Virus record (IMG/VR): IMGVR_UViG_3300037042_000463
Span: 1 to 36,745 of that record
Strand: one strand, 5' to 3'
Source of the DNA: a virus
Lineage: Duplodnaviria; Caudoviricetes
Length of the DNA stretch: 36,745 nucleotides
Shown: positions 17,424 to 25,726 of the stretch, piece after piece
Position numbering within the stretch: the first letter of the stretch is position 1
Layout: the number at the start of each line of letters is the position of its first letter
Made by a program: the position numbers and the translations under genes
Notes under the pieces: model-generated
What the model saw: the letters and a program-made list of their open reading frames with translations, nothing else
Told to the model about the DNA's origin: nothing
Databases searched by the model: none

Positions 17424-17507
17424 TAATTAGGTAAAATAAATATTAACATTTGATTGTTAATAAGTGAATTATCAGGTCTTGGAGGGATAAAGAGGGATGT
17501 CGATTAG

Positions 17508-17567
17508 TTAAACATACATCTAAAGTATGTCTAAAATTAGACATTATTTAGACATTATTTAGACATA
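17508..17567. repeat. TTAGACAT repeat cluster (11-bp tandem x3, plus one inverted and one degenerate copy)
   Basis: TTAGACATTAT at 17537 and 17548, TTAGACATA at 17559, ATGTCTAA at 17527, TTAAACAT at about 17508. Confidence 0.8.
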
Positions 17568-17660
17568 AAAAAACCTGCTAAGTGTGGGCGACCGGGGACT
17601 CCCCAATCCTTTAACCATAGCAGGTGTATTACAATGACCTTATAACTGTTCTTATGGTAA
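17567..17660 (-). ncRNA. Candidate small RNA / extended terminator after the lysis operon
   Basis: CCTGCTA/TAGCAGG stem plus T7 enclosing GATTGGGG-AGT-CCCCGGTC. TACCTTTG promoter element at 17664-17671. Confidence 0.4.
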
Positions 17661-17671
17661 GTACAAAGGTA

Positions 17672-17941
17672 CTATTTCTTTTTAAACCTCTTGACTACAA
17701 ACTTAGATGCAAGAGTAGCAACTGCTTTGAGAAATTTATTCTCAGATTCCACAGTTACCTTAGTTCCTGTCTCATCTTTTTTGATGTTCACATCTACTTT
17801 TTTCCCATCATAGTCAAGCTCATGATTAGTGCCATCTTTGTGGTATTCTATTTCTGCCTTGTTTGTTTGAATGATAACATCTGTCTTATCACCTTCAATG
17901 TTAACCTGTACTTTTTTAGGTCTGCCTACTTTCTTTGCCAT
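17672..17941 (-). CDS. Hypothetical basic protein at end of lysis cassette
   Basis: 89 aa, coupled to the lysin stop. Confidence 0.65.
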   Translation of the reverse strand: MAKKVGRPKKVQVNIEGDKTDVIIQTNKAEIEYHKDGTNHELDYDGKKVDVNIKKDETGTKVTVESENKFLKAVATLASKFVVKRFKKK

Positions 17942-17942
17942 T

Positions 17943-18491
17943 TTAAAATTCGTTTATTAAACATATAGATACTTTCGCCTGGTCTTTTGCCATACGAACC
18001 ATTCTCTCATAATCAGGGTTGTTATTAAGTACTAAACATCCCTCTGACCATCCTCCTATCTGAGTTGCTACCTGTTGACTACCTTTGTTATAAGTTGCAC
18101 CATGAACATTCATAAAGATAATGTTATCCATTAGCTCAGTAGTTGGGTTAGTTTTACCATCTGCTGTGTAGTCTCTTCTATAAGGTACTTTGGCAACCTG
18201 TCTAAGTGCCTCCATTTTACCTCTGTGAAGTCCATAAGCATAACAATCATAGTTCCATCTGTCAGCTTCCATTACTGCAGTTCCTTTGTTTCCTTTGTTT
18301 GTTGTGCAAGATGTAACAAATTGAAATGATGAGCCTTTAAAGATATACACTTTATCATCAAATACATTATTAGCATCCTCATTAGAACGCACAAACAACA
18401 GCCACATATCAGATGGAATAGTCTTATAGTTAGATAGTTGCTTGACTCTATCTAAAAGTTGCTTATTAGTGTAGTTCTTGACGTTGCTCAT
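17943..18491 (-). CDS. Putative endolysin, L,D-transpeptidase (YkuD)-like Cys enzyme
   Basis: NVHGA...IGGWSEGCLV matches the H...SxGC catalytic pattern. Follows two membrane proteins. Confidence 0.65.
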   Translation of the reverse strand: MSNVKNYTNKQLLDRVKQLSNYKTIPSDMWLLFVRSNEDANNVFDDKVYIFKGSSFQFVTSCTTNKGNKGTAVMEADRWNYDCYAYGLHRGKMEALRQVAKVPYRRDYTADGKTNPTTELMDNIIFMNVHGATYNKGSQQVATQIGGWSEGCLVLNNNPDYERMVRMAKDQAKVSICLINEF

Positions 18492-18693
18492 TGGTTTCTA
18501 CTGTTAGTTGTGATAGTGTTGCTGCCACTGTTCCTGCTGTTGCCACATATCCTGCCACAGTTATGACCGCTGCAGGTAGTGTGATAGGTGCTGCAAGGAT
18601 AACTCCTGCTATTGCACCCACTGTAATGGCTGCCTGTTGTACTCTCTTCCAGAATTTTGGAGTGGGAGCATTCCATCTTTGTGCTATGCTCAT
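18466..18693 (-). CDS. Putative holin
   Basis: 75 aa, two hydrophobic segments after TPKFWKR. Upstream of the lysin. Confidence 0.65.
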   Translation of the reverse strand: MSIAQRWNAPTPKFWKRVQQAAITVGAIAGVILAAPITLPAAVITVAGYVATAGTVAATLSQLTVETNEQRQELH

Positions 18694-18980
18694 TTTAAAT
18701 TGATTTCTATTAGTTTCTTAACTGATTGAGTGAGCTCACTTATCTGCTCTGCCAAGTGCTTGATTTCTAACTGAGTCATTTTCTCAATTGCCTCATATTT
18801 GAAGCGTGCCTCATTATCAACAAGCTCAATCTTACCTTTCAATCTACCTTGAGTCTCAATTATTTGCTTTTGTTCATTCATAACACTTCTCAAATCACTA
18901 TGTAAACTCTTCAAAAAATACCCTATCCCTGATATAAGTATTGTTATTACTGTAAATGCTATCTCATTAAATCCCATCAC
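18690..18980 (-). CDS. N-terminal TM plus coiled-coil lysis-cassette protein
   Basis: IAFTVITILISGIGYFL followed by a heptad-like region. Confidence 0.6.
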   Translation of the reverse strand: MMGFNEIAFTVITILISGIGYFLKSLHSDLRSVMNEQKQIIETQGRLKGKIELVDNEARFKYEAIEKMTQLEIKHLAEQISELTQSVKKLIEINLK

Positions 18981-19543
18981 AAAATCAATATACTGTTATT
19001 ATAACCATTTTCTCTAAATCCTCCACAAGGACAGTCAAATCTACATACTTCCCCACAGTTACATCCACAATGGTCTATCATAGGTCTTAGGTCAGTATCT
19101 CTGTTCACCTCTGCAGTGAACTCAGGATATAAGTCCTTGTTAGCTATCAAGTAGCGAGTCAATCGAGTCTCAAAGAATGAAGCCTTTTGTGCGTAGTGCT
19201 CCATCCCAAAGGCTACCTCTGAGCGAGTTACTGAGCTTGAGAAATCTCCAAACTGAGTCTGCAGTCCTTTGTTCTTAAGTTGATATGTCAAGCCAAACAC
19301 AGCATCCTCTGCACTCCTCCAAGCTATGACAGGTTGAATATATGCAACAAGTGCCTCCTCAACATTAGTCAAGGTCTGAGCATTGTACTTAGTGAGTAGA
19401 TAGTTGTAGAATGTAGTACCTAAGATAGGCATAACTCTGAGCTGTGCCTGTGTTGCTATGTATGGTGTAACATCTGTCACATCAACATTAGCTGTGATAG
19501 GTGTATTAGTCTTTAAGTATGTCTCTGTAATAAAGTAGTTCAT
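18977..19543 (-). CDS. Putative head-tail adaptor
   Basis: Helical protein directly after the portal. AQAQLRVMPILGTTFY pattern. Cys-rich tail. Confidence 0.55.
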   Translation of the reverse strand: MNYFITETYLKTNTPITANVDVTDVTPYIATQAQLRVMPILGTTFYNYLLTKYNAQTLTNVEEALVAYIQPVIAWRSAEDAVFGLTYQLKNKGLQTQFGDFSSSVTRSEVAFGMEHYAQKASFFETRLTRYLIANKDLYPEFTAEVNRDTDLRPMIDHCGCNCGEVCRFDCPCGGFRENGYNNSILIL

Positions 19544-20853
19544 GGTGCTGAAGGTGTTTCTGTTTGTATTACATCTCCACCCTCTATTGGAGGCAGTGAA
19601 GCAAGAGCTCTTATCTCATTAGGTGTCATTTTCTCAAGTACCTTAGTAGCTACCAATGGACTCAATGAGTTCAAAGCATCAGATGTCTTAGATGTATCTC
19701 CCTCAAGCTCAATGATTGTCTCATTAATTATTTGGAAGTTGTTAATTGAGAACTTACCTGGTATCTTAGCAATAGCCATGATCTCATTCACTATCTCCTC
19801 AACCTGCCTTCTCAATGGCATAACTACATTTTTCTCAAATACAACATAAGCCTGCTTAATATCACTGCCTGAGCCAAGTGATCCTTGAGTGCGAACTCCC
19901 ATAAGGATGGGGTCTATTGTATGAGCAAAGCATATCTGTTCTGTATTGAGAGATGAGGCCTCTTGGAATAGCTTATCATTGCTGTTAGTAGGTAGGCTTT
20001 CTATCTTAGGTAACTGATCTTGATTGTTAGCAAAGAATGCAACAGCCTTCCCTGCATTAGCAGCTCCTTTTAACCTATCAATGGTCTGCTTAATCATGTG
20101 TTTTTCCTCCTCTGACTGTGGCCTCTTAGGGAACATCATGGCAAAGGATGGGAATATTGAGTTTTGAATGTTACTCTTAGCAAAGTAACTAAGCTCACCT
20201 GATAAAAACGCAAAGTTCAAAGCAGATGTGTACTGTGGTAATGGATACCACTCCTGTCCTAATGTCATTAACTCATAGCAATATAGTTGCTCAAGGTCAG
20301 TGTTGGCAGGATGATACCTTTTAATCTCTCTCACATCAATTCGAGCTGTCCAATCATCACAAAGAAAGTATGTCTCTTTATCTCTTGACACTCTAACTCT
20401 CTCAGGTGAGATGTTTTCTACCTTATATATCTCTCCTTTCTTATTATAGCATAGCTTAAAGTACACTCTATGGTGAACTATCAACTGTTGTGCTATGGCT
20501 CTGATTGTTTTACCTAACTTGAGCTTTCTCTCAAAAGTATATAGCTTGAGTTTATCCTCTTGAGACATTTTCTCAGTCTCAATAGTGTATCCTCCACCTG
20601 TTGCTGAGTTAGTCTTAAAGTCAACTATAGCACCATGTAAAGGTGAGCTGTAGTATAGTTGATTAAGTAGCTCAGGATAGAGGTTATCCTGCCCAAATGG
20701 GATGTAACCTGCTATCTGATAGCGGCCATTAACATAAGGGAGTGATAGGTTAGCACCGCCTACCTTTTGAAATGGAGTAGAGAAGGACTGATATCCCTCA
20801 ACTATCTCTGCTGTTTGTGGCTTGCTGCCTATAAATCTGTTATACCATGCCAT
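19540..20853 (-). CDS. Portal protein
   Basis: YIPFGQDNLYPELLNQLYYSSPLHGAIVDFK, ICFAHTIDPILMG and MTPNEIRAL motifs. 437 aa. Confidence 0.82.
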   Translation of the reverse strand: MAWYNRFIGSKPQTAEIVEGYQSFSTPFQKVGGANLSLPYVNGRYQIAGYIPFGQDNLYPELLNQLYYSSPLHGAIVDFKTNSATGGGYTIETEKMSQEDKLKLYTFERKLKLGKTIRAIAQQLIVHHRVYFKLCYNKKGEIYKVENISPERVRVSRDKETYFLCDDWTARIDVREIKRYHPANTDLEQLYCYELMTLGQEWYPLPQYTSALNFAFLSGELSYFAKSNIQNSIFPSFAMMFPKRPQSEEEKHMIKQTIDRLKGAANAGKAVAFFANNQDQLPKIESLPTNSNDKLFQEASSLNTEQICFAHTIDPILMGVRTQGSLGSGSDIKQAYVVFEKNVVMPLRRQVEEIVNEIMAIAKIPGKFSINNFQIINETIIELEGDTSKTSDALNSLSPLVATKVLEKMTPNEIRALASLPPIEGGDVIQTETPSAP

Positions 20854-21188
20854 TAGTCATAGATTGAATTAGTTTGTATCCCTGCCACTACCATGCGACC
20901 TTCCTCTATCATAGTCAATCCTGTTGGATCAACTGTTGGAGTAGGACTCTGATAGACTTTATATCTGTACTGCCCTTTCACAAGCTCTACATCAGCGGGC
21001 TCATCGATAGTGAATAGGTTATATCTTGAAGGCCATGAGGAACTATCAACTCCCTGCCAATAGATAGGGTTAGCTGTAGTGTCAAACTCATCCTCAAATT
21101 CAAATAAATAGTAAGGATTGGAGATTGTTGTAACCTCTGTAAGTGTCAACACAAAGGTGTTAACTGTATCCTTCTCAAGATATATCAT
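20853..21188 (-). CDS. Small virion-associated protein (beta-rich)
   Basis: True start is probably ATG 21188 (MIYLEKD), which is fused to the late motif. Confidence 0.65.
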   Translation of the reverse strand: MIYLEKDTVNTFVLTLTEVTTISNPYYLFEFEDEFDTTANPIYWQGVDSSSWPSRYNLFTIDEPADVELVKGQYRYKVYQSPTPTVDPTGLTMIEEGRMVVAGIQTNSIYD

Positions 21189-21220
21189 ACCTATATTGTA
21201 TCTCAAAGAAATAATTATTA
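21186..21220 (-). promoter_or_regulatory. Putative late promoter 3 (TAATA-N15-TACAATATAGGT-ATG)
   Basis: Exact core at 21186-21200, immediately downstream of a terminator. Confidence 0.8.
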
Positions 21221-21243
21221 AAAAAGCCCCACCGAAGTGAGGC
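21220..21243 (-). terminator. Intrinsic terminator after major tail gene
   Basis: GCCTCAC-TTCG-GTGGGGC-TTTTTT (cUUCGg loop). Confidence 0.88.
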
Positions 21244-21268
21244 TCTTAGTTTATAATCTATGGCAAGA

Positions 21269-21790
21269 TTAAAGGAGACTTGGTATGATAGTAGCATCAA
21301 CCTCATAAGCCAAAAACTCATTCTCAGCTACAAGTGTTACACTGTACTTAGAGCCATCTGCTCTTGTAGTTCCTGATCCTTCACCTGTTGCAGATAATTG
21401 CAAAAATGGGAAGTACCAATATTTACCATTAGCATCCTCAACAATACCTGCTAAGTACTGTTGTCCTGCTCCTAATACTTTAATAGCTTTTGATTTCTCT
21501 TGATCTCTTCTATGGAACATCAAATTGATAGTTGCAGTTACATAGCTTGATCCATTAATTAAGTCAATAGCAGAGTCCTCTGTAAATGAGGATACGTTTC
21601 TTCTGAACTCTAACTCAATGAAGGGGTCAGCTGTAGGTATAAATGTAATACCATCAACAATCCAATTAGTTCCTGTCTCATCTGTAGAGATAGATTGGAT
21701 GTTATCTTGTTGGTTTACATAGAACTTATAGATACCTCCTGAGTTATTGTCACAGCTTTTTAAAATTGTTTCTAAAGTTGCACAGCTCAT
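21269..21790 (-). CDS. Major tail (tube) protein
   Basis: 173 aa after the capsid gene. C..N.GGI, VEDANGKYW and GEGSGTTRADGSKYSVTL pattern. Confidence 0.7.
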   Translation of the reverse strand: MSCATLETILKSCDNNSGGIYKFYVNQQDNIQSISTDETGTNWIVDGITFIPTADPFIELEFRRNVSSFTEDSAIDLINGSSYVTATINLMFHRRDQEKSKAIKVLGAGQQYLAGIVEDANGKYWYFPFLQLSATGEGSGTTRADGSKYSVTLVAENEFLAYEVDATIIPSLL

Positions 21791-21811
21791 TTTAGTTTTT
21801 TTTTAATGTTT

Positions 21812-21836
21812 AAAAATAGGGGGTATTGCTACCCCC
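21812..21836 (-). terminator. Intrinsic terminator after major capsid gene
   Basis: GGGGGTA-GCAA-TACCCCC-TATTTTT (GNRA loop). Confidence 0.82.
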
Positions 21837-21844
21837 GTTATATT

Positions 21845-22777
21845 TTAGATATAGAATGCGTTATACAATACTATCTCTGCAGGGTTAACATAATGGAAAC
21901 CTACTTTCATATTAGCACGAGTTCTCAAATAAGGCTCAGCTACAGTGTCAGATAAGTTAACAGCTTTCAATGCTTTGTCATCACCCTCTGCATCAAATGC
22001 ATAGATAAGGTTATTTCTCAAAGTCAACAAGATAGTGTTATCTGGCATCCCTTCACACACAACTACATTGATACCTAAGAATGTTAAACCTAATGGAGTA
22101 GTAACATAAGTCAAAGTGTTACCTTGTGCAGCAGCAAGCTCATAAGCATTAGCTACATTAGTAGATACATAAAATCTTAACTCAGTTTTTCTTCTGCTAA
22201 TAGTTGAAGGAGCAGCATCAAGTACAGCACTCAATTGGTCAAGTACATTTGATGTAGTGATAACACCATCATATAAACCAACTACATCTGTATCATAGAA
22301 CAGTGGAAATAAGTATCCAGTACATAAAGACAATAATGGATCCTCAGACTCAGTGTTACCCTGCCATCTCAATAACTCGATATCTTGACCGATAGTCATT
22401 GCCATCTCATTCCAATAATATGACATAAAAGATGCAACAGTGAAATCACCATTAGATCCTTTTGCCATTTGCAACGCTAAGAATGATTGCTCTAAGTCAA
22501 ACTGACATAATTGAGCCATAGCTGACAAAGGACATACATCGATATCAACTGCATCCAATGAATCATTAGGAGCAGAAAAATTACAAGTAGATGCTTGTAA
22601 GATGTTACCAAAAGTTACATTTGCTAACTTAGTCTTAGACTTGATGCCAGGCAAAGAGCGGAAGTTAGATGCGATATCCTCTGATTGAAGATATGCTTTG
22701 GAGTAGAACTCCTCAGGGTTGGCACACAATAATGCGTTAGTCTCAACCTCTAAATTAAATTTTAAATTACGGTTCAT
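21845..22777 (-). CDS. Major capsid protein
   Basis: 310 aa following the protease/scaffold gene and followed by a terminator. Capsid-like IELLRWQG and GINVVVCEGMPDN segments. Confidence 0.78.
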   Translation of the reverse strand: MNRNLKFNLEVETNALLCANPEEFYSKAYLQSEDIASNFRSLPGIKSKTKLANVTFGNILQASTCNFSAPNDSLDAVDIDVCPLSAMAQLCQFDLEQSFLALQMAKGSNGDFTVASFMSYYWNEMAMTIGQDIELLRWQGNTESEDPLLSLCTGYLFPLFYDTDVVGLYDGVITTSNVLDQLSAVLDAAPSTISRRKTELRFYVSTNVANAYELAAAQGNTLTYVTTPLGLTFLGINVVVCEGMPDNTILLTLRNNLIYAFDAEGDDKALKAVNLSDTVAEPYLRTRANMKVGFHYVNPAEIVLYNAFYI

Positions 22778-22778
22778 T

Positions 22779-23768
22779 TTATTTGGTTTTTGAAAATTTT
22801 ACAAATTCTTTAAAAAGCTCTCTTGAGCTCATCTTTTGGTTCTTAGCCTCTACCTCAATCTCCTCATCTCTTGGAGCTAAGTACTCCTCCATTTGGTTCT
22901 TAAGGTCAGCTATGATAGCAAGTAATTGATTAACTTGCTCCTCAATCACAGGTGATACTATTGCAAGTACAGCCTCAGCATCAGTAGTAACATCAACTGC
23001 CATCTCTACATCCTCTGCAGCAGCATCTGCCTCCTCCTCTTGTACATCCTCTGCAGCCTCATCAACTGTAGTCTCAGCTTCCTCCTCAACAGCTGGCTCT
23101 TCTGCCATCTGCTCTTCTGCCATTTCAGCAGGTACATCCTTAATCTCGATAACCTCTCCATCTTTAACGACATAGATTTTATCCTCGATCAAATGTTCTC
23201 CATCAGGTAACTTCATTGTATTTAGTTTTAATAATTCCGATAGTTTAAGTCCTAAAAATCCCTCAATAGAATACCCTACTTGACCTGACTCAACAAGGCT
23301 ATCATAGTATTCCTTATCAGTTACTTGACTTGTTAGCATTAGAGTTCCCTTAGGTACTTCAATACCATAGGTAGTGAATGCTTTATCCTGCTTAGGGTTC
23401 TCAACTATCCAAGCCTCAAGGATGTAGGCAGGAACTTTCTCCTGTGCCTCATGCTCTAAGTTAAAGATATCTTTGTTCTGTAGGTTCTGCATGAACTTAG
23501 CATGGATAGACTCAATGACCTCCTCTGTGAATAGCACATCATACTCAGTGCCATCCTCATCTCTACGATAGATTGACATTGGTATCATGGCAGGAGCCAC
23601 AATACGCATCTTAATGTCATCTGAAAATGTCATTGGAGTAGCTTGATTGAATGCCATACCCTTAACCTTAATAGCAGGCTTCGAGGTGAAGGCAATCATT
23701 TCAATACCTAAGTCCTCTCCATCAGAGTACTCAGGATCTATTGTTATCTTATAGACAGGTCTATCCAT
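22779..23768 (-). CDS. Prohead protease (XkdF-like) fused to acidic scaffold
   Basis: AMIP..IYR, NLEH, PKGT and GYSIEG in the N-terminal half. Glu/Ala-rich C-terminal half. Confidence 0.78.
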   Translation of the reverse strand: MDRPVYKITIDPEYSDGEDLGIEMIAFTSKPAIKVKGMAFNQATPMTFSDDIKMRIVAPAMIPMSIYRRDEDGTEYDVLFTEEVIESIHAKFMQNLQNKDIFNLEHEAQEKVPAYILEAWIVENPKQDKAFTTYGIEVPKGTLMLTSQVTDKEYYDSLVESGQVGYSIEGFLGLKLSELLKLNTMKLPDGEHLIEDKIYVVKDGEVIEIKDVPAEMAEEQMAEEPAVEEEAETTVDEAAEDVQEEEADAAAEDVEMAVDVTTDAEAVLAIVSPVIEEQVNQLLAIIADLKNQMEEYLAPRDEEIEVEAKNQKMSSRELFKEFVKFSKTK

Positions 23769-23799
23769 GCCTATATTGTAAATAGTGTTATATTTGTTA
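23766..23799 (-). promoter_or_regulatory. Putative late promoter 4 (TAACA-N14-TACAATATAGGC-ATG)
   Basis: Core at 23766-23780 with one substitution. Confidence 0.78.
23789..23796 (+). promoter_or_regulatory. TATATTTG host-type -7 element for the plus-strand gene pair
   Basis: TAnnTTTG 16 nt upstream of ATG 23813. Confidence 0.55.
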
Positions 23800-23812
23800 A
23801 AAATTAAAATCT

Positions 23813-24361
23813 ATGGTAAAAATTTTAGACAAAGAAATTCCTAATCAATTGAAGGAGTTAACAGTGCAACAGTTTGAGGATATCACATCTATCCATGCAC
23901 AACAGGACTTAGATGCTATTGAGAAACATCTGAAAGTATTTGAGTTGTTTGGTATCACTGAGAATGACTTTGAGGATACCACCATTGAGCAGTTCAAAAC
24001 TTATGTCAAGGAGTTTAACAATATCAAAGGTAAGCCAGAGCTACAGTCAGCCATTGAGCTTGATGGATACAACTACACTGCCTTTGAAGGTGAGGAGTTT
24101 AAGCTATCAGTGAGAGATACTAAGCACATTGAGAAGGTCATGAACTCTAAGCATAAAGGTTATATCTCTGAAATGTTAGGCATCCTGTTTAAGAGAGATG
24201 ACCTAAGCAAGGCAGAACATTATGACTCTGCTCACATCAAGCATAAGGCAAAAATGATAAGAGAGCTCAAGGCAGAGTTAGCAGTGCCTTACTTAGTAGA
24301 GATAGGACAAAAATTGTCCAAAGAAATCAAACGCAATGAACCTTCCGAAGTCGTGGAGTGA
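23813..24361 (+). CDS. Conserved phage protein, possible tail assembly chaperone (paralog 1)
   Basis: IPNQLKELTVQQFEDI resembles LPKSWSEIDVLQFKEI of the next gene. Confidence 0.6.
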   Translation: MVKILDKEIPNQLKELTVQQFEDITSIHAQQDLDAIEKHLKVFELFGITENDFEDTTIEQFKTYVKEFNNIKGKPELQSAIELDGYNYTAFEGEEFKLSVRDTKHIEKVMNSKHKGYISEMLGILFKRDDLSKAEHYDSAHIKHKAKMIRELKAELAVPYLVEIGQKLSKEIKRNEPSEVVE

Positions 24362-25067
24362 GATTGATGTCCTGCAGTTTAAAGAGATAAGAGAGTTATA
24401 TTCTATTGAGGAGGTTTTCGCCAGAGAGATAGAGATACTCTCAGCTCTTGCAGGAGTTAGCTCAGATGAGCTTGAGGACTTAGATGTAAGTGAGGTAAGT
24501 GCTATGCTTAAAGATATTACATTCATTAACTCTGAGCCATCTAAAAACTACAAGAGAGATATTGAACAGTGGAAGGTCAAGCCATTAGCTAAGCTGACCT
24601 GTGGGGAGTTCATTGACTTAGAGTACTTCTTTGCTAATGACTACATCAAGCACCTTTGCCATATAGCAGCTATCATGTACAGGCAACATACTACAAGTGA
24701 GTGGGGTGAGTTAAGCTTTGAGCCTTATGACTTCAATCCATTTGACCGACATGAACTATTTGATGAGTACTGTATCAATGACATCTATGGTATCATACCT
24801 GAGTACCTATCTTTTAGGCAGGATTTCATGGATAAGTATCACCTACTATTTAATGAGGAGGATGGAGATGAGGAGGATGAGAATAAACCAATGACCTCCG
24901 ATGAGTCTAAGGCTCAAGCTGAGCAGAAGTCTGCTGTTAAGTGGGGATGGGAGCGACTACTCTATTCACTTTGCAATGAGGACTTGACTAAGTTTAAGCA
25001 AGTAACTGACTTGCCTCTTATCCTTACCTTTAATATGTTGTCAATGAAAAAAGAGCTTAATCTATAA
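24336..25067 (+). CDS. Conserved phage protein, possible tail assembly chaperone (paralog 2)
   Basis: LTCGEFIDLE, AAIMYR and KWGW..LLYSL pattern. Acidic. Confidence 0.6.
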   Translation: MNLPKSWSEIDVLQFKEIRELYSIEEVFAREIEILSALAGVSSDELEDLDVSEVSAMLKDITFINSEPSKNYKRDIEQWKVKPLAKLTCGEFIDLEYFFANDYIKHLCHIAAIMYRQHTTSEWGELSFEPYDFNPFDRHELFDEYCINDIYGIIPEYLSFRQDFMDKYHLLFNEEDGDEEDENKPMTSDESKAQAEQKSAVKWGWERLLYSLCNEDLTKFKQVTDLPLILTFNMLSMKKELNL

Positions 25068-25499
25068 CATACCTCTGAATGATAAAGGAGCTGAGAAGTC
25101 TCCACCTATAGGCTCAAATGTATAAATAATAGATTTTTTATCACCTAATATATTTGCCACTTGTAATATAGGATACCTTTCAACCATCCACTCAGTATAT
25201 TGAGAATAAATTTCTGTAGTAATACCTTCTGCATCTAATCTCCTGGATAGCTCTGCACAGAAATCATAAGGTGTTATATATATAGTTCCATTATTAAGAA
25301 ACCCAAAGTAATACATAGCAATAATCTGTATCTCAAGTTCACCTAATGCAGGGATTTTTGCATTGATACGCACAGAGTCATACATAGCTCCTGTATCAAT
25401 AGCACCATCCTCAGATATTATCTGCTGCAGAATGCGTTGTATCTTACGCCTTGTAGGATACTTGACATTGAATATACCATTATTTGCGTAGCGTGCCAT
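25062..25499 (-). CDS. Putative neck / tail-completion protein (HK97 gp10-like)
   Basis: IDTGAMYDSVR...YYFGFLNNGT pattern. Confidence 0.55.
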   Translation of the reverse strand: MARYANNGIFNVKYPTRRKIQRILQQIISEDGAIDTGAMYDSVRINAKIPALGELEIQIIAMYYFGFLNNGTIYITPYDFCAELSRRLDAEGITTEIYSQYTEWMVERYPILQVANILGDKKSIIYTFEPIGGDFSAPLSFRGML

Positions 25500-25726
25500 T
25501 ATTCAGTAGGTGGAAATGGTGGTGAAGGCTTAGGAACATAAGGACTCAAAGGAATATCTAACAAATAAGCATATTCAGTTGGTGCAATATCTGCCTCATC
25601 CTGTTCACTTAAAAATAAAAAATATACATCATTAATATCTTGAACAAAATTAAAAAATGTATCTGCATCAAAGAACACTCCTTGTAAGTCTTCTGCTGTT
25701 TGGTTTGTTACTATTCTACCTTCCAT
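25499..25726 (-). CDS. Small acidic protein following adhesin (possible fibre assembly factor)
   Basis: 75 aa with Pro-rich tail. Coupled to 25726..26565. Confidence 0.55.
   Translation of the reverse strand: MEGRIVTNQTAEDLQGVFFDADTFFNFVQDINDVYFLFLSEQDEADIAPTEYAYLLDIPLSPYVPKPSPPFPPTE

Noticed and set aside
17537-17567. CRISPR or mini-array
   Set aside because: 11-bp tandem units with no spacers and no cas genes.
24300-24361. Programmed frameshift joining the two plus-strand genes (lambda G/GT style)
   Set aside because: No clear slippery heptamer. The second gene has its own ATG and a paralogous N-terminus.
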